A stretch of 64,000 bases of DNA from a virus. Below, piece after piece: positions 35,830 to 44,603 of this stretch (its first letter is position 1; the number at the start of each line of letters is the position of its first letter). The translations under genes and the position numbers were made by a program. The stretch lies in the IMG/VR virus record IMGVR_UViG_3300021142_000012, positions 1 through 64,000 of that record. One strand, 5' to 3'. Below the pieces are notes generated by a model, which made no database searches, was not told the origin of the DNA, and saw nothing but the letters and a program-made list of their open reading frames with translations.

Positions 35830-36283
35830 ATTTTTAAATTTCCTTGATCAACACGGCCGTAAACGAATAATTATGGATCGTATTGATAATGAGCCATATC
35901 TTGAAAGATATTATGTATTGTTTAATACTAGACAACACAAAGGTTTTAACGTATACCTGCATAAATTCCTTAAAGGTGATCCAGATGATGTTCATGATCA
36001 TCCATGGCCATATGCTACCTTTATTTTGAGCGGTGGATACTATGAGTGGATTCCGCAATTTAATTCAGATGGCACAAAGAGCTGTGAGATTCGAAAGTGG
36101 CGTGGGCCCGGGCATTTCCGTATTTGTCGCCCAGATAGTTATCACAGAGTAGAACTGAAGCCGGGTGTAACTGCATGGACATTGTTTATGCCGGGGCCGC
36201 ATCGTAGACAATGGGGATTTCTTGTCAACAATAAATGGATACACAATGACGACTATCTTACAAGCCGTAAACAAAATGGCTAG
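35807..36283 (+). CDS. Cupin-fold metalloprotein
   Basis: HDHPW...LSGGYYE...YHRVEL. Confidence 0.7.
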   Translation: MLQKLLTKFLNFLDQHGRKRIIMDRIDNEPYLERYYVLFNTRQHKGFNVYLHKFLKGDPDDVHDHPWPYATFILSGGYYEWIPQFNSDGTKSCEIRKWRGPGHFRICRPDSYHRVELKPGVTAWTLFMPGPHRRQWGFLVNNKWIHNDDYLTSRKQNG

Positions 36284-36620
36284 CAGTATAACGGTTCCAA
36301 ATGGCGGAACTACCAGCCAAATATTATATTCTACAGGTACATCAACAAATTGGTCACCTGCTCAAAATTACGAGCAAGTAATGACTGTTAATGCCGGCGA
36401 AAGCAATCCTACATTAACTGTTAAAGGTAATATGGTCATTAACGGTATTGATTTAGAAGAACGGCTAAAAACAATTGAAAAACTCTTGGCAATTCCAGAA
36501 AGAGATGCTAAAATAGAAGCTAAACATCCAAGACTTAAGAAATTATATGATGAATATATTTCAGCACTAGAGCAATATAGGACTTGGGACAAACTAAAAG
36601 GTGATGAAGATGTTACATGA
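36276..36620 (+). CDS. Hypothetical protein
   Basis: ORF overlapping both neighbours. Confidence 0.6.
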   Translation: MASSITVPNGGTTSQILYSTGTSTNWSPAQNYEQVMTVNAGESNPTLTVKGNMVINGIDLEERLKTIEKLLAIPERDAKIEAKHPRLKKLYDEYISALEQYRTWDKLKGDEDVT

Positions 36621-36834
36621 ATCAGTTAAACAAAAAGAATTTGTAGTTAAAGAACGTGAAGATTATAGACTACGTGTTACACGGCACGAAGTTCTTGCAC
36701 CAAAAGGTTTGCACAGTATTGATTTTATTCAAGAAAGTTTAAAAGACGGCAAAGTTATAGCATCACAAACTTATAACTTTTTCATGACTAAGGAAGATAT
36801 TAAAATACTATGCGAAGGACTATTAAATGACTGA
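36610..36834 (+). CDS. Hypothetical protein
   Basis: Short ORF overlapping both neighbours. Confidence 0.55.
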   Translation: MLHESVKQKEFVVKEREDYRLRVTRHEVLAPKGLHSIDFIQESLKDGKVIASQTYNFFMTKEDIKILCEGLLND

Positions 36835-37045
36835 TCGATTAGAAGAATTATATCAAGAGATGTTAAATGTAACATCGCATATGGTTGAAGAATATGGTGG
36901 TATGGAAGTTGCTGCTATTATGATGGCGCAGGCCCTTAGCATTTATAAAACTGGTTTAGATGAAATCGACTATAACAAAATGGTCGATAGTATTTCTGCT
37001 AGTCGTTCTAAGGTTCAAAAATTTACTCCAACTTTTTTACAATGA
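36827..37045 (+). CDS. Hypothetical protein
   Basis: AAGGA RBS; 72 aa. Confidence 0.6.
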   Translation: MTDRLEELYQEMLNVTSHMVEEYGGMEVAAIMMAQALSIYKTGLDEIDYNKMVDSISASRSKVQKFTPTFLQ

Positions 37046-37590
37046 AAAAACGTACTATTAGTAATGACGAATATAGAGGACTAGTTCAAAATATTTGTCG
37101 AGAAATCGAATTAAGCAAGTGGCGTCCAGATTATATTGTGGGTATTACTCGAGGTGGACTGGTTCCTGCTGTTATGATTAGTCAATATTTTGATATACCC
37201 ATGTGGACCTTACGAGTTAATCTGCGTGATCATGCAGAAACAGAATCAAACTCTTGGATGGCTGAAGATGCTTTCGGCTATATACCAGAGGACTGGCGTG
37301 AAGGTATTGATAAACGTGACGATCCTACATTTAGCAAAAAAATACTTGTAGTTGATGATATCAATGATACAGGTGCTACTATTAATTGGATTACAGAAGA
37401 TTGGCAATCCAACTGCTTGCCTAAGGAAGAACGTTGGAATCATGTATGGAATCAGAATGTTCGATTTGCAGTAGTCATCGATAATGTAGCTAGCAAGTGT
37501 AATGTTAAGATGGATTTTTGTGGCGAAGAAATTAACAAAGAAGAAGATCCAGTATGGATTGACTTCCCGTATGAAGGATGGTGGAAATGA
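37042..37590 (+). CDS. Type I phosphoribosyltransferase (xanthine/guanine PRT-like)
   Basis: VGITRGGLVPA and the PRPP-binding ILVVDDINDTGAT. Confidence 0.88.
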   Translation: MKKRTISNDEYRGLVQNICREIELSKWRPDYIVGITRGGLVPAVMISQYFDIPMWTLRVNLRDHAETESNSWMAEDAFGYIPEDWREGIDKRDDPTFSKKILVVDDINDTGATINWITEDWQSNCLPKEERWNHVWNQNVRFAVVIDNVASKCNVKMDFCGEEINKEEDPVWIDFPYEGWWK

Positions 37591-37799
37591 CCTCAGCATT
37601 ATTAAAACTTATTTTAGGCGTTACATTAATTGTAATCGCTATAACACTAGGACCGCTAGCAGGTATTTGGAGTCTAAATACACTGTTTCCAATATTGGAT
37701 ATACCATATACTTTAGAAACATGGTGTGCGTACTTCTTGTTATTCGGTAGTATTACAGGACTTCGATTTGGATTGAATAGGAAAAAGAGCAATGACTGA
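37587..37799 (+). CDS. Small membrane protein
   Basis: Hydrophobic ORF with ATGA overlap. Confidence 0.6.
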   Translation: MTSALLKLILGVTLIVIAITLGPLAGIWSLNTLFPILDIPYTLETWCAYFLLFGSITGLRFGLNRKKSND

Positions 37800-37962
37800 A
37801 CTAACTCCTCAAGCTCTTGAAGAAAAGATTAAAAAAGTCGAAGACGATTTAAAGCTATTACGTACTACAGGTGATGCTAGTCGTAAAACTGAAGTTCTTA
37901 ACGAATATATTGAATATCTTAAAGACGAGTTAAGAGACCTACAGAGTGCTCGCCGCCCATAA
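37792..37962 (+). CDS. Small coiled-coil protein (56 aa, not in the ORF track)
   Basis: MTELTPQALEEKIKKVEDDLK...SARRP. Confidence 0.6.
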   Translation: MTELTPQALEEKIKKVEDDLKLLRTTGDASRKTEVLNEYIEYLKDELRDLQSARRP

Positions 37963-38515
37963 TTTAAACTCTCTTAGTCCGTTTATTCGCGGATATTACA
38001 TAGATCCGGAGATATGCGATCGCATTGTAGCTGAATCCAATCTGCGTAAGAAAGATTTTATGCAGGGTCAACTAATCAATAATGCTGTAGAATTTACAGG
38101 TGGACGATTAGACGATTATACCCCTGCTGTCCGAGATCCATATGTCGAAGCACTGTTTGAGGTAATCGAAGAGTACAAGAAAGAGTTTAAATTTTCTTAT
38201 GAAATTATAGATATGTGGGGCTTACCTCCCGGAATGAAAGTACAATACTATACTCCAGGGCAAGCATTTAGAATATGGCATTGCGAAAGTAGTGGGGATC
38301 CTGTTTCCACATCAAGACATTTAGTCTATATGACATATCTAAATACGATTGAAGACGAAGGTGGTACTGAATTTTATCATCAACAGATAAAGGTTAAACC
38401 AGAAAAAGGATTGACCCTAATTTGGCCTGTTGATTGGACTCATACACACCGAGGAGTTCCTTCGGCTACAGAAGAAAAATATATTATTACAGGATGGTGG
38501 ACGTTTCAACGATGA
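37946..38515 (+). CDS. 2OG-Fe(II) oxygenase (prolyl-hydroxylase-like)
   Basis: WHCE...YLN...GGTEF...HTHRG...KYIITGW. Confidence 0.88.
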   Translation: MLAAHNLNSLSPFIRGYYIDPEICDRIVAESNLRKKDFMQGQLINNAVEFTGGRLDDYTPAVRDPYVEALFEVIEEYKKEFKFSYEIIDMWGLPPGMKVQYYTPGQAFRIWHCESSGDPVSTSRHLVYMTYLNTIEDEGGTEFYHQQIKVKPEKGLTLIWPVDWTHTHRGVPSATEEKYIITGWWTFQR

Positions 38516-39075
38516 AAGAACATGTTATAAACAAAACTAACGATTTTATTCGTGGATATTACATAGATCCAGAGATATGCGATCGTATAGTATCTGAATC
38601 TAAAATACACAACTTTAGAAGTGGTGTAATGCAGTATACTGATATTAATCTAGAAGAGTTTAGTAAGGAAACTTGTGATTCATATACAAACGCCCTGTTT
38701 GAAGTTATTGAAGAATATAAAAAAGAGTTCCGGTGGAGTTATGAAAAGGTAGTCATGTGGGGATTGCCTCAAGGTATCAAAGTACAACACTATGCTCCAG
38801 GCAAATGGTACGATCAATGGCATTGCGAACGTGCAGGTGATGTACCATCACTATTTCGTCATCTAGTATACATGACATACTTAAACGATGTCGAAGATGG
38901 CGGTGGTACTGAATTCTATCATCAAAAGATTATAACTAAGGCAGAAAAAGGATTGACCCTAATTTGGCCGGTTGACTGGACTCATATGCACAGAGGCGTA
39001 GTTGCACCAACTGAAGAAAAAATGATTATTACCGGATGGTGGATGTTTAAAGGACCAGAAGATGAGATTAAGTAA
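38512..39075 (+). CDS. 2OG-Fe(II) oxygenase, tandem paralog
   Basis: WHCE...YLNDVEDGGGTEF...HMHRG...KMIITGW. Confidence 0.88.
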   Translation: MKEHVINKTNDFIRGYYIDPEICDRIVSESKIHNFRSGVMQYTDINLEEFSKETCDSYTNALFEVIEEYKKEFRWSYEKVVMWGLPQGIKVQHYAPGKWYDQWHCERAGDVPSLFRHLVYMTYLNDVEDGGGTEFYHQKIITKAEKGLTLIWPVDWTHMHRGVVAPTEEKMIITGWWMFKGPEDEIK

Positions 39076-39319
39076 AAAACATCAAAATTGGGATAGTCGC
39101 ATACCTGCTCGAGATGAGGGATATGTTCATGTAGTTAGATTACCCTGGACTGGTCAATCTAGCTATTGGTGGAATGAAGCATGTGCCGATATTATGGAAG
39201 TATTTGGATTGCCCGGTGACCGATTTACCAGCCATCCTACAGCAGATTACATGGATTTTTATTTTAAATCAGAAAAGGACGCAACATTATGCAAAATACT
39301 AGTATCAGAGAAAAATTAG
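39062..39319 (+). CDS. Hypothetical protein
   Basis: 85-aa ORF. Confidence 0.6.
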   Translation: MRLSKKHQNWDSRIPARDEGYVHVVRLPWTGQSSYWWNEACADIMEVFGLPGDRFTSHPTADYMDFYFKSEKDATLCKILVSEKN

Positions 39320-39489
39320 AAACCTTTGTTGTTGCTATCATAGGCATCATTGGATTCGGTTTTGCCCTTTATTGGAATTATACCCATCCTCATGTTACTG
39401 TTAAGTATGATTGCTCAATAGCTGAAATTAGCCCAGACTATCCTGTACAAGTTAAAGAAGGTTGTCGTAAGCTAAATGCCAGAAAATGA
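39289..39489 (+). CDS. Small membrane protein with a Cys pair
   Basis: TM segment followed by YDCSIAEISPDYPVQVKEGCR. Confidence 0.55.
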   Translation: MQNTSIREKLETFVVAIIGIIGFGFALYWNYTHPHVTVKYDCSIAEISPDYPVQVKEGCRKLNARK

Positions 39490-39584
39490 AAAGCGATACC
39501 AGAGTACTTGTAATCATGTGGATTAGTTTGGCTATACTAGGCGGTGCATTGGGCTTAATAATCTACGGAATACAATCATTATTG

Positions 39585-39614
39585 TTGACAGCGACCTAAA
39601 TAAACCTATATAAT
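39585..39614 (+). promoter_or_regulatory. Sigma70 promoter of folE with an embedded CTAAATA
   Basis: TTGACA-18 nt-TATAAT. Confidence 0.7.
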
Positions 39615-39618
39615 AACA

Positions 39619-39653
39619 TATAGACATCCACGTCTATAACTCGGAGAACAGAT
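39619..39653 (+). ncRNA. Candidate cis-regulatory RNA (mini-pseudoknot) in the folE leader
   Basis: TATAGAC-atccac-GTCTATA stem; loop UCC is complementary to GGA of the RBS. Confidence 0.4.
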
Positions 39654-40466
39654 TTGACAACATTTACAACAGAAGACTTAAAAGCAGTATTAGAAAATAA
39701 TCCTGATCTAGTTAAAGAAGCACCATATCATCCAGGATACGAGGATGCTGCCATGAACATGGGCGATAAAGGATATGAAGAAGCAAATCTTGCTGATGCT
39801 ATCCGTTTCAATATGAAGCGTGATAAGAAACGCTTTTGGGCCGGAGACAATATTAGTGAATATGTAGTTGGGCATAGAGATGAACTAATTGCTAATGCAA
39901 CTAAAGCCTTTGAAGGAGTGTTAGACGCACTCTTGATTGATAGAGAAACAGATCCAAACTCACAAGGCACAGCACGACGCTTGGCCAAGATGTATTTTAA
40001 CGAAATTATGGGAGGTCGATATGATCCAGCACCAGATTGCACAGCTTTTCCAAATGATAGCCAAGATAGATATGAAGGTATGCTTGTTGTTCGTAGCGAG
40101 TTGCGTTCTATGTGTAGCCATCACCATCAACCTGTTAGTGGTGTTGCATACATCGGAATTATTGCAGCCAATAAACTTATTGGCTTGTCTAAATATACTA
40201 GGATTGCTCAGTGGTGTGCTCGTCGTGGCACTCTTCAAGAAGAACTCTGTAACGACATCGCCCGAGAAATAATGCGGGCAACTGATTCAGAGCATGTGGG
40301 CGTGTATATTCAGGCCACGCATGGTTGCTGTGAAAATCGTGGCATCATGGCGCATTCGAGTCTGACACAGACCACTGTGCTCAAAGGTGCATTCAACACA
40401 GACCCAGGAACCAAGAAAGAGTTCATGGACAATATCAAACTTCAACAGGACTTTGCCCCAAGATGA
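39654..40466 (+). CDS. folE: GTP cyclohydrolase I
   Basis: SMCSHH, IGLSK, LQEEL, HGCCENRG; TTG start. Confidence 0.95.
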   Translation: MTTFTTEDLKAVLENNPDLVKEAPYHPGYEDAAMNMGDKGYEEANLADAIRFNMKRDKKRFWAGDNISEYVVGHRDELIANATKAFEGVLDALLIDRETDPNSQGTARRLAKMYFNEIMGGRYDPAPDCTAFPNDSQDRYEGMLVVRSELRSMCSHHHQPVSGVAYIGIIAANKLIGLSKYTRIAQWCARRGTLQEELCNDIAREIMRATDSEHVGVYIQATHGCCENRGIMAHSSLTQTTVLKGAFNTDPGTKKEFMDNIKLQQDFAPR

Positions 40467-40693
40467 TGAACGCAAAAGAACTAGCAGATCAACTAATTAA
40501 TCGAGCTAAAAATATGCAAGAATTTATAGTATTTCGTGATATGGAAAATATTGTCTTTGATGGCCGTCCATTTCCATATACTATCAATCACTCAATGGGA
40601 ATGCCCGCAGAAATACTTGTACCGGCATTGACTCAAGAAGAAGCAGAACAACAGGTCAACAATTGGTTAGACGGACAGAGAGACTCGGCATGA
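40463..40693 (+). CDS. Hypothetical protein
   Basis: ORF coupled by ATGA overlap. Confidence 0.55.
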   Translation: MMNAKELADQLINRAKNMQEFIVFRDMENIVFDGRPFPYTINHSMGMPAEILVPALTQEEAEQQVNNWLDGQRDSA

Positions 40694-40881
40694 TTATTTC
40701 TATTTTATGCTTCTTCCTAGGAATGTTAGCAGGCTACAATCTTAGTCAAACACCAAAAGATGTTGTATTGGACGATAAACTTAGAGCAAATTTAGCTGTG
40801 GCTGAAAACCTAAATACTAGTCTTAAAAAAGATTTAGAAGAAGCCAAAGAAACAATTTGGAAATTAAAACACTCTAAATGA
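40690..40881 (+). CDS. Small membrane-anchored coiled-coil protein
   Basis: TM segment followed by a coiled coil. Confidence 0.55.
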   Translation: MIISILCFFLGMLAGYNLSQTPKDVVLDDKLRANLAVAENLNTSLKKDLEEAKETIWKLKHSK

Positions 40882-41057
40882 AAAAAATACTTGCTAGAAT
40901 AGCCAGCGAGATGTTATACTACTTAGGGCATTGGATTAGTTTTCCAATGCAGTTGTTTGATTGGGCATGGTTGTATCCAACATATAACAAACTAATGTCG
41001 TGGAGTAGTAACATACAAGACTGGGCAGGCAATGATAAACCGTGGATTAAGATATGA
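40878..41057 (+). CDS. Small Trp-rich protein (59 aa, not in the ORF track)
   Basis: ATGA overlaps at both ends; MKKILARIASEMLYYLGHW...KPWIKI. Confidence 0.55.
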   Translation: MKKILARIASEMLYYLGHWISFPMQLFDWAWLYPTYNKLMSWSSNIQDWAGNDKPWIKI

Positions 41058-41899
41058 GTAAACTTAAAGTAGCAGAATTGTTTTATAGTATACAAGGTGA
41101 AGGACGCTTTATGGGTGTACCCAGCGTGTTCCTTAGAACTTTTGGCTGCAATTTTTCTTGTAGGGGATTTGGTATGCCCAAAGGCGAATTAAGTGAGGAA
41201 TACTTAAAAGTAGACCCAATAAATTTTAAAACGTACAATGAACTTCCACTAGTGAGTACAGGGTGTGATAGTTATGCATCATGGGATCCTAGATTTAAAG
41301 ATCTTAGCCCGATGATAGAAAGCGATGGAATTGTTGATCGCATTATGGAGATACTTCCATATAAAGGTTGGGTAGATGAACACTTGGTTATCACAGGCGG
41401 TGAACCTCTGCTAGGTTGGCAACGTGCTTATCCTGATTTGTTAGATCATACTTATATGAAACCATTGCGTGATATTACATTTGAAACAAATGGTACTCAA
41501 AAATTAACTGATGATTTTAAAGAATATTTGTTGGATTGGACTTTACGCGATCATAACTTTAAACAAATTACATTTAGCGTCAGTGCTAAATTAAGTTCAA
41601 GCGGTGAGCTTGCTAGCGATGCTATTAAACCCGAAGTCGTTAATGAGTATCAGGAAGTAGGATTTACATATCTCAAATTTGTAGTTGCTACAGAAGATGA
41701 TGCTGAAGAAGCATTAGAAACAGCAGACATTTATAGAGAAAATGGATTCACTGGGCCTGTATACTTAATGCCAGTCGGTGGCGTTGAAAGTGTGTATAGT
41801 CTCAATAATCGTCGTGTTGCAGAATTGGCTATGAAGATGGGCTTGCGTTACAGTGATCGTTTACAAGTCCCATTATTTAAAAATGAGTGGGGAACCTAA
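41054..41899 (+). CDS. queE: QueE, 7-carboxy-7-deazaguanine synthase (radical SAM)
   Basis: ELFYSIQGEG, FLRTFGCNFSC...CDS, ITGGEP, FETNGT. Confidence 0.88.
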   Translation: MSKLKVAELFYSIQGEGRFMGVPSVFLRTFGCNFSCRGFGMPKGELSEEYLKVDPINFKTYNELPLVSTGCDSYASWDPRFKDLSPMIESDGIVDRIMEILPYKGWVDEHLVITGGEPLLGWQRAYPDLLDHTYMKPLRDITFETNGTQKLTDDFKEYLLDWTLRDHNFKQITFSVSAKLSSSGELASDAIKPEVVNEYQEVGFTYLKFVVATEDDAEEALETADIYRENGFTGPVYLMPVGGVESVYSLNNRRVAELAMKMGLRYSDRLQVPLFKNEWGT

Positions 41900-42330
41900 T
41901 GAAAAAATTATTAAGAAGATGGCTAGGTATTAGTGCGTTAGAAGCTGAAAAAGAATTATTACAACAGGCTAGAGACAAAGCAGTCGCTGAAACAGTGATA
42001 GCTCAAACCAAAGAAGAACAAGCCAAAATGGATCCAAAGGATCGTGCTACTGCTCGAGGAGAGCCGTGGGTATCTGTGTTAGACACACATATTAACAAAG
42101 ATAATATTCGTAATGGATTTTTTGAGTTAGATTGGAATGATATCTTTGTTCAAGAATTGATTGCTTCCGGATATGGCTATGAAGCAGATCCGCCAGAGCA
42201 AATTGTAGATCGTTGGTTTAGAGATCTAGCAAGAAATATGTTAGCAGAAGAAGGAATGGATCCTAATAGATCTACTTCTGGATATATTAATGTATCTAAG
42301 ATCAGTAATACCAAATCGGAAATATCATGA
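41899..42330 (+). CDS. Hypothetical protein
   Basis: ORF coupled by TAATG overlap. Confidence 0.65.
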   Translation: MKKLLRRWLGISALEAEKELLQQARDKAVAETVIAQTKEEQAKMDPKDRATARGEPWVSVLDTHINKDNIRNGFFELDWNDIFVQELIASGYGYEADPPEQIVDRWFRDLARNMLAEEGMDPNRSTSGYINVSKISNTKSEIS

Positions 42331-42917
42331 CCTATAAAGTTATAGATTCGAATGAGTATATCGATACATATAATTTTAGTTCATTAATTACCAAAGCTGA
42401 TACTCAAGAAATAATGCAGATTTCTAAAAGCATTATTGACAGCGGTCTTTATTTTGAAAATAGCCCAAAATATCAAACTAAAGAAAATTTGTTTGGGCGA
42501 GATGAAAAAGTATTCTTAAAAATGCGCCAAAGTTTTATCTATAGTTGCTTTATGTATTTGGGTAAGGAAGTAAAGATTAAAGGCATCAATAGTTGGGTGT
42601 TTATGACTAAGAAAAGCGATGAACCTGATCGTGACAATCTTTGGCACAAGCATCATTACGATGAACCCTGGGGTAAATTGAGCGGCATTTTCTATTTACA
42701 TATACCAGATGATATTGTTGATAGAGAACTATGCGGTACTGAATTTAGTGAAACTAGTGAAAATGTAAGAGCCCAATTACCAACTAAAACCTTCTTTGTA
42801 AGGCCAAAAGACTTGACTTGGCACATATATCCTAGTAAAATGTGGCATAGGTCCGGAATTACCAATTCCGATGAATATCGTTTTGTTTATGCCGCAGATA
42901 TGGATTATTACGAATGA
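42327..42917 (+). CDS. Putative 2OG-Fe(II)/DSBH oxygenase
   Basis: WHKH...LSGIFYL...GTEF...YPSKMWHR. Confidence 0.65.
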   Translation: MTYKVIDSNEYIDTYNFSSLITKADTQEIMQISKSIIDSGLYFENSPKYQTKENLFGRDEKVFLKMRQSFIYSCFMYLGKEVKIKGINSWVFMTKKSDEPDRDNLWHKHHYDEPWGKLSGIFYLHIPDDIVDRELCGTEFSETSENVRAQLPTKTFFVRPKDLTWHIYPSKMWHRSGITNSDEYRFVYAADMDYYE

Positions 42918-43603
42918 TAAATCGTATTAGGAGTTTGTATCCTACAACAGAGTTTACTCCCAGTTGGAATTTTCCCATCTATACTAGTCAATGGGCTGAT
43001 ATTGAAAAAATAGACAAGATTAGAAATTGGCTACTTGAAAAAGAACAAGATTTTATTACTGCATATCCATATCATCACGATGGCGGAGCAGCCTTAGGAA
43101 AAGATAGTGTTACTAGTAGACATGGATTATATAGTCTATTTTGGTTTGAAAAAGAAATTCCAGAAATTATAGATCTATTAGAGTTTATTAGAAAATCTTA
43201 CATTGATTTTATTACAGAAGAAAATGCTAGTCCAAGAGAATCATATATTGTTTCTTGGTTTAATGTCGCTAGAAAGGGTCAAGATATTAAACAACATGCT
43301 CACGGCGCTGATCATGAATCGTATCTAAGTGGCAATATGCATCTAGATACCTATGACACATATAATGCATTTATATCACCTTATGATGATAGATCTTCTT
43401 TTATCAGAGATAATATCAAAGGCGGTATTTCTATGTTTCCAAGTTGCTTACCTCATTACAGTAGTGTGTACCAAGGCGATGAACCTCGCGTAAGTATAGC
43501 GTTTGATTTAAGAATTAAGCCAACAAAACAACATGGTTTCGGAGTTGAATCAATTCCGTTCATGAATACTAGCATTTATAATCAACTCACCGCAGAAAGT
43601 TAA
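42914..43603 (+). CDS. Putative 2OG-Fe(II) oxygenase (TIGR02466-like)
   Basis: SWFN...HAH...YLSG...FPSCLPH...RVSIAFD. Confidence 0.75.
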   Translation: MINRIRSLYPTTEFTPSWNFPIYTSQWADIEKIDKIRNWLLEKEQDFITAYPYHHDGGAALGKDSVTSRHGLYSLFWFEKEIPEIIDLLEFIRKSYIDFITEENASPRESYIVSWFNVARKGQDIKQHAHGADHESYLSGNMHLDTYDTYNAFISPYDDRSSFIRDNIKGGISMFPSCLPHYSSVYQGDEPRVSIAFDLRIKPTKQHGFGVESIPFMNTSIYNQLTAES

Positions 43604-43604
43604 T

Positions 43605-44603
43605 ATGACATACATTTTAGTTGATACAGCTAATACATTTTTCCGTGCTAGACACGTAGTACAAGGCGATGCCGATATTAAGTTAGGTATGGCATTCCAC
43701 ATTACATTTAACAGTATTAAGAAAGCATGGCAGGACTTTGGCGGTACTCATGTGGTGTTTTGCTTAGAAGGTCGTAGTTGGCGTAAGGACTATTACAAAC
43801 CTTACAAGGCAAATCGTCAAGAAACTCGCGATGCTATGACAGTTAAACAGCAAGAAGAAGATAAATTGTTTTGGGAAGCATTTGATCAATTTAAAGACTT
43901 TATTAGTGAAAAAACTAATTGTACAGTACTACAACATAAACAACTAGAAGCAGATGATTTAATTGCAGGTTGGGTACAGGCACATCCAGATGCAAAGCAT
44001 GTTATCATTTCAACAGATGGTGACTTCGCACAACTAATCAGCCCTAATGTGAGCCAATATAACGGTGTGGGTGATTTACATATTACACACGAAGGTATCT
44101 TTGATGCTAAAGGTAAACCTGTTAAAGATAAAAAAACAGGCGAGCCCAAGCCAGCACAAGATCCAGAATGGATGCTATTCGAAAAATGCATGCGTGGTGA
44201 TACCAGTGATAATGTCTTCTCGGCGTATCCAGGTGTGCGTACTAAAGGTTCTAAAAACAAAGTTGGGTTGATGGAGGCGTTTGCTGATCGTAAGACTAAA
44301 GGATATAATTGGAATAATCTAATGCTTCAGCGTTGGGTAGATCACAATGGTGTAGAACATCGTGTCTTAGAAGATTATCAACGTAATGTACAGTTATGTG
44401 ATCTAACAGCACAACCTGATGATATTAAAGTTTTAATTAAAGAGACGATTGAAGCAGGTGCAAAACCTAAAGATATAACACAAGTAGGTATTCGTATGCT
44501 AAAGTTTTGTAATGCATGGGACATGAAAAAGATTGCAGACAATGTCCAACAATATGCAGAACCGTTACAGGCCAAATACAACAGAGAGGTAGTAATTGAT
44601 TAA
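43605..44603 (+). CDS. rnh: T4 RNase H-like 5'-3' exonuclease
   Basis: LVDTAN, YKANR, LEADD, STDGDFAQL, GDTSDNV. Confidence 0.9.
   Translation: MTYILVDTANTFFRARHVVQGDADIKLGMAFHITFNSIKKAWQDFGGTHVVFCLEGRSWRKDYYKPYKANRQETRDAMTVKQQEEDKLFWEAFDQFKDFISEKTNCTVLQHKQLEADDLIAGWVQAHPDAKHVIISTDGDFAQLISPNVSQYNGVGDLHITHEGIFDAKGKPVKDKKTGEPKPAQDPEWMLFEKCMRGDTSDNVFSAYPGVRTKGSKNKVGLMEAFADRKTKGYNWNNLMLQRWVDHNGVEHRVLEDYQRNVQLCDLTAQPDDIKVLIKETIEAGAKPKDITQVGIRMLKFCNAWDMKKIADNVQQYAEPLQAKYNREVVID

Noticed and set aside
37946-39075. Diversity-generating retroelement template/variable repeat pair
   Set aside because: Both copies are intact genes, the differences are not adenine-specific, and no reverse transcriptase is in the window.
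39654-40466. FolE as a folate auxiliary metabolic gene
   Set aside because: Co-location with queD, queE and dpdA points to deazaguanine synthesis.
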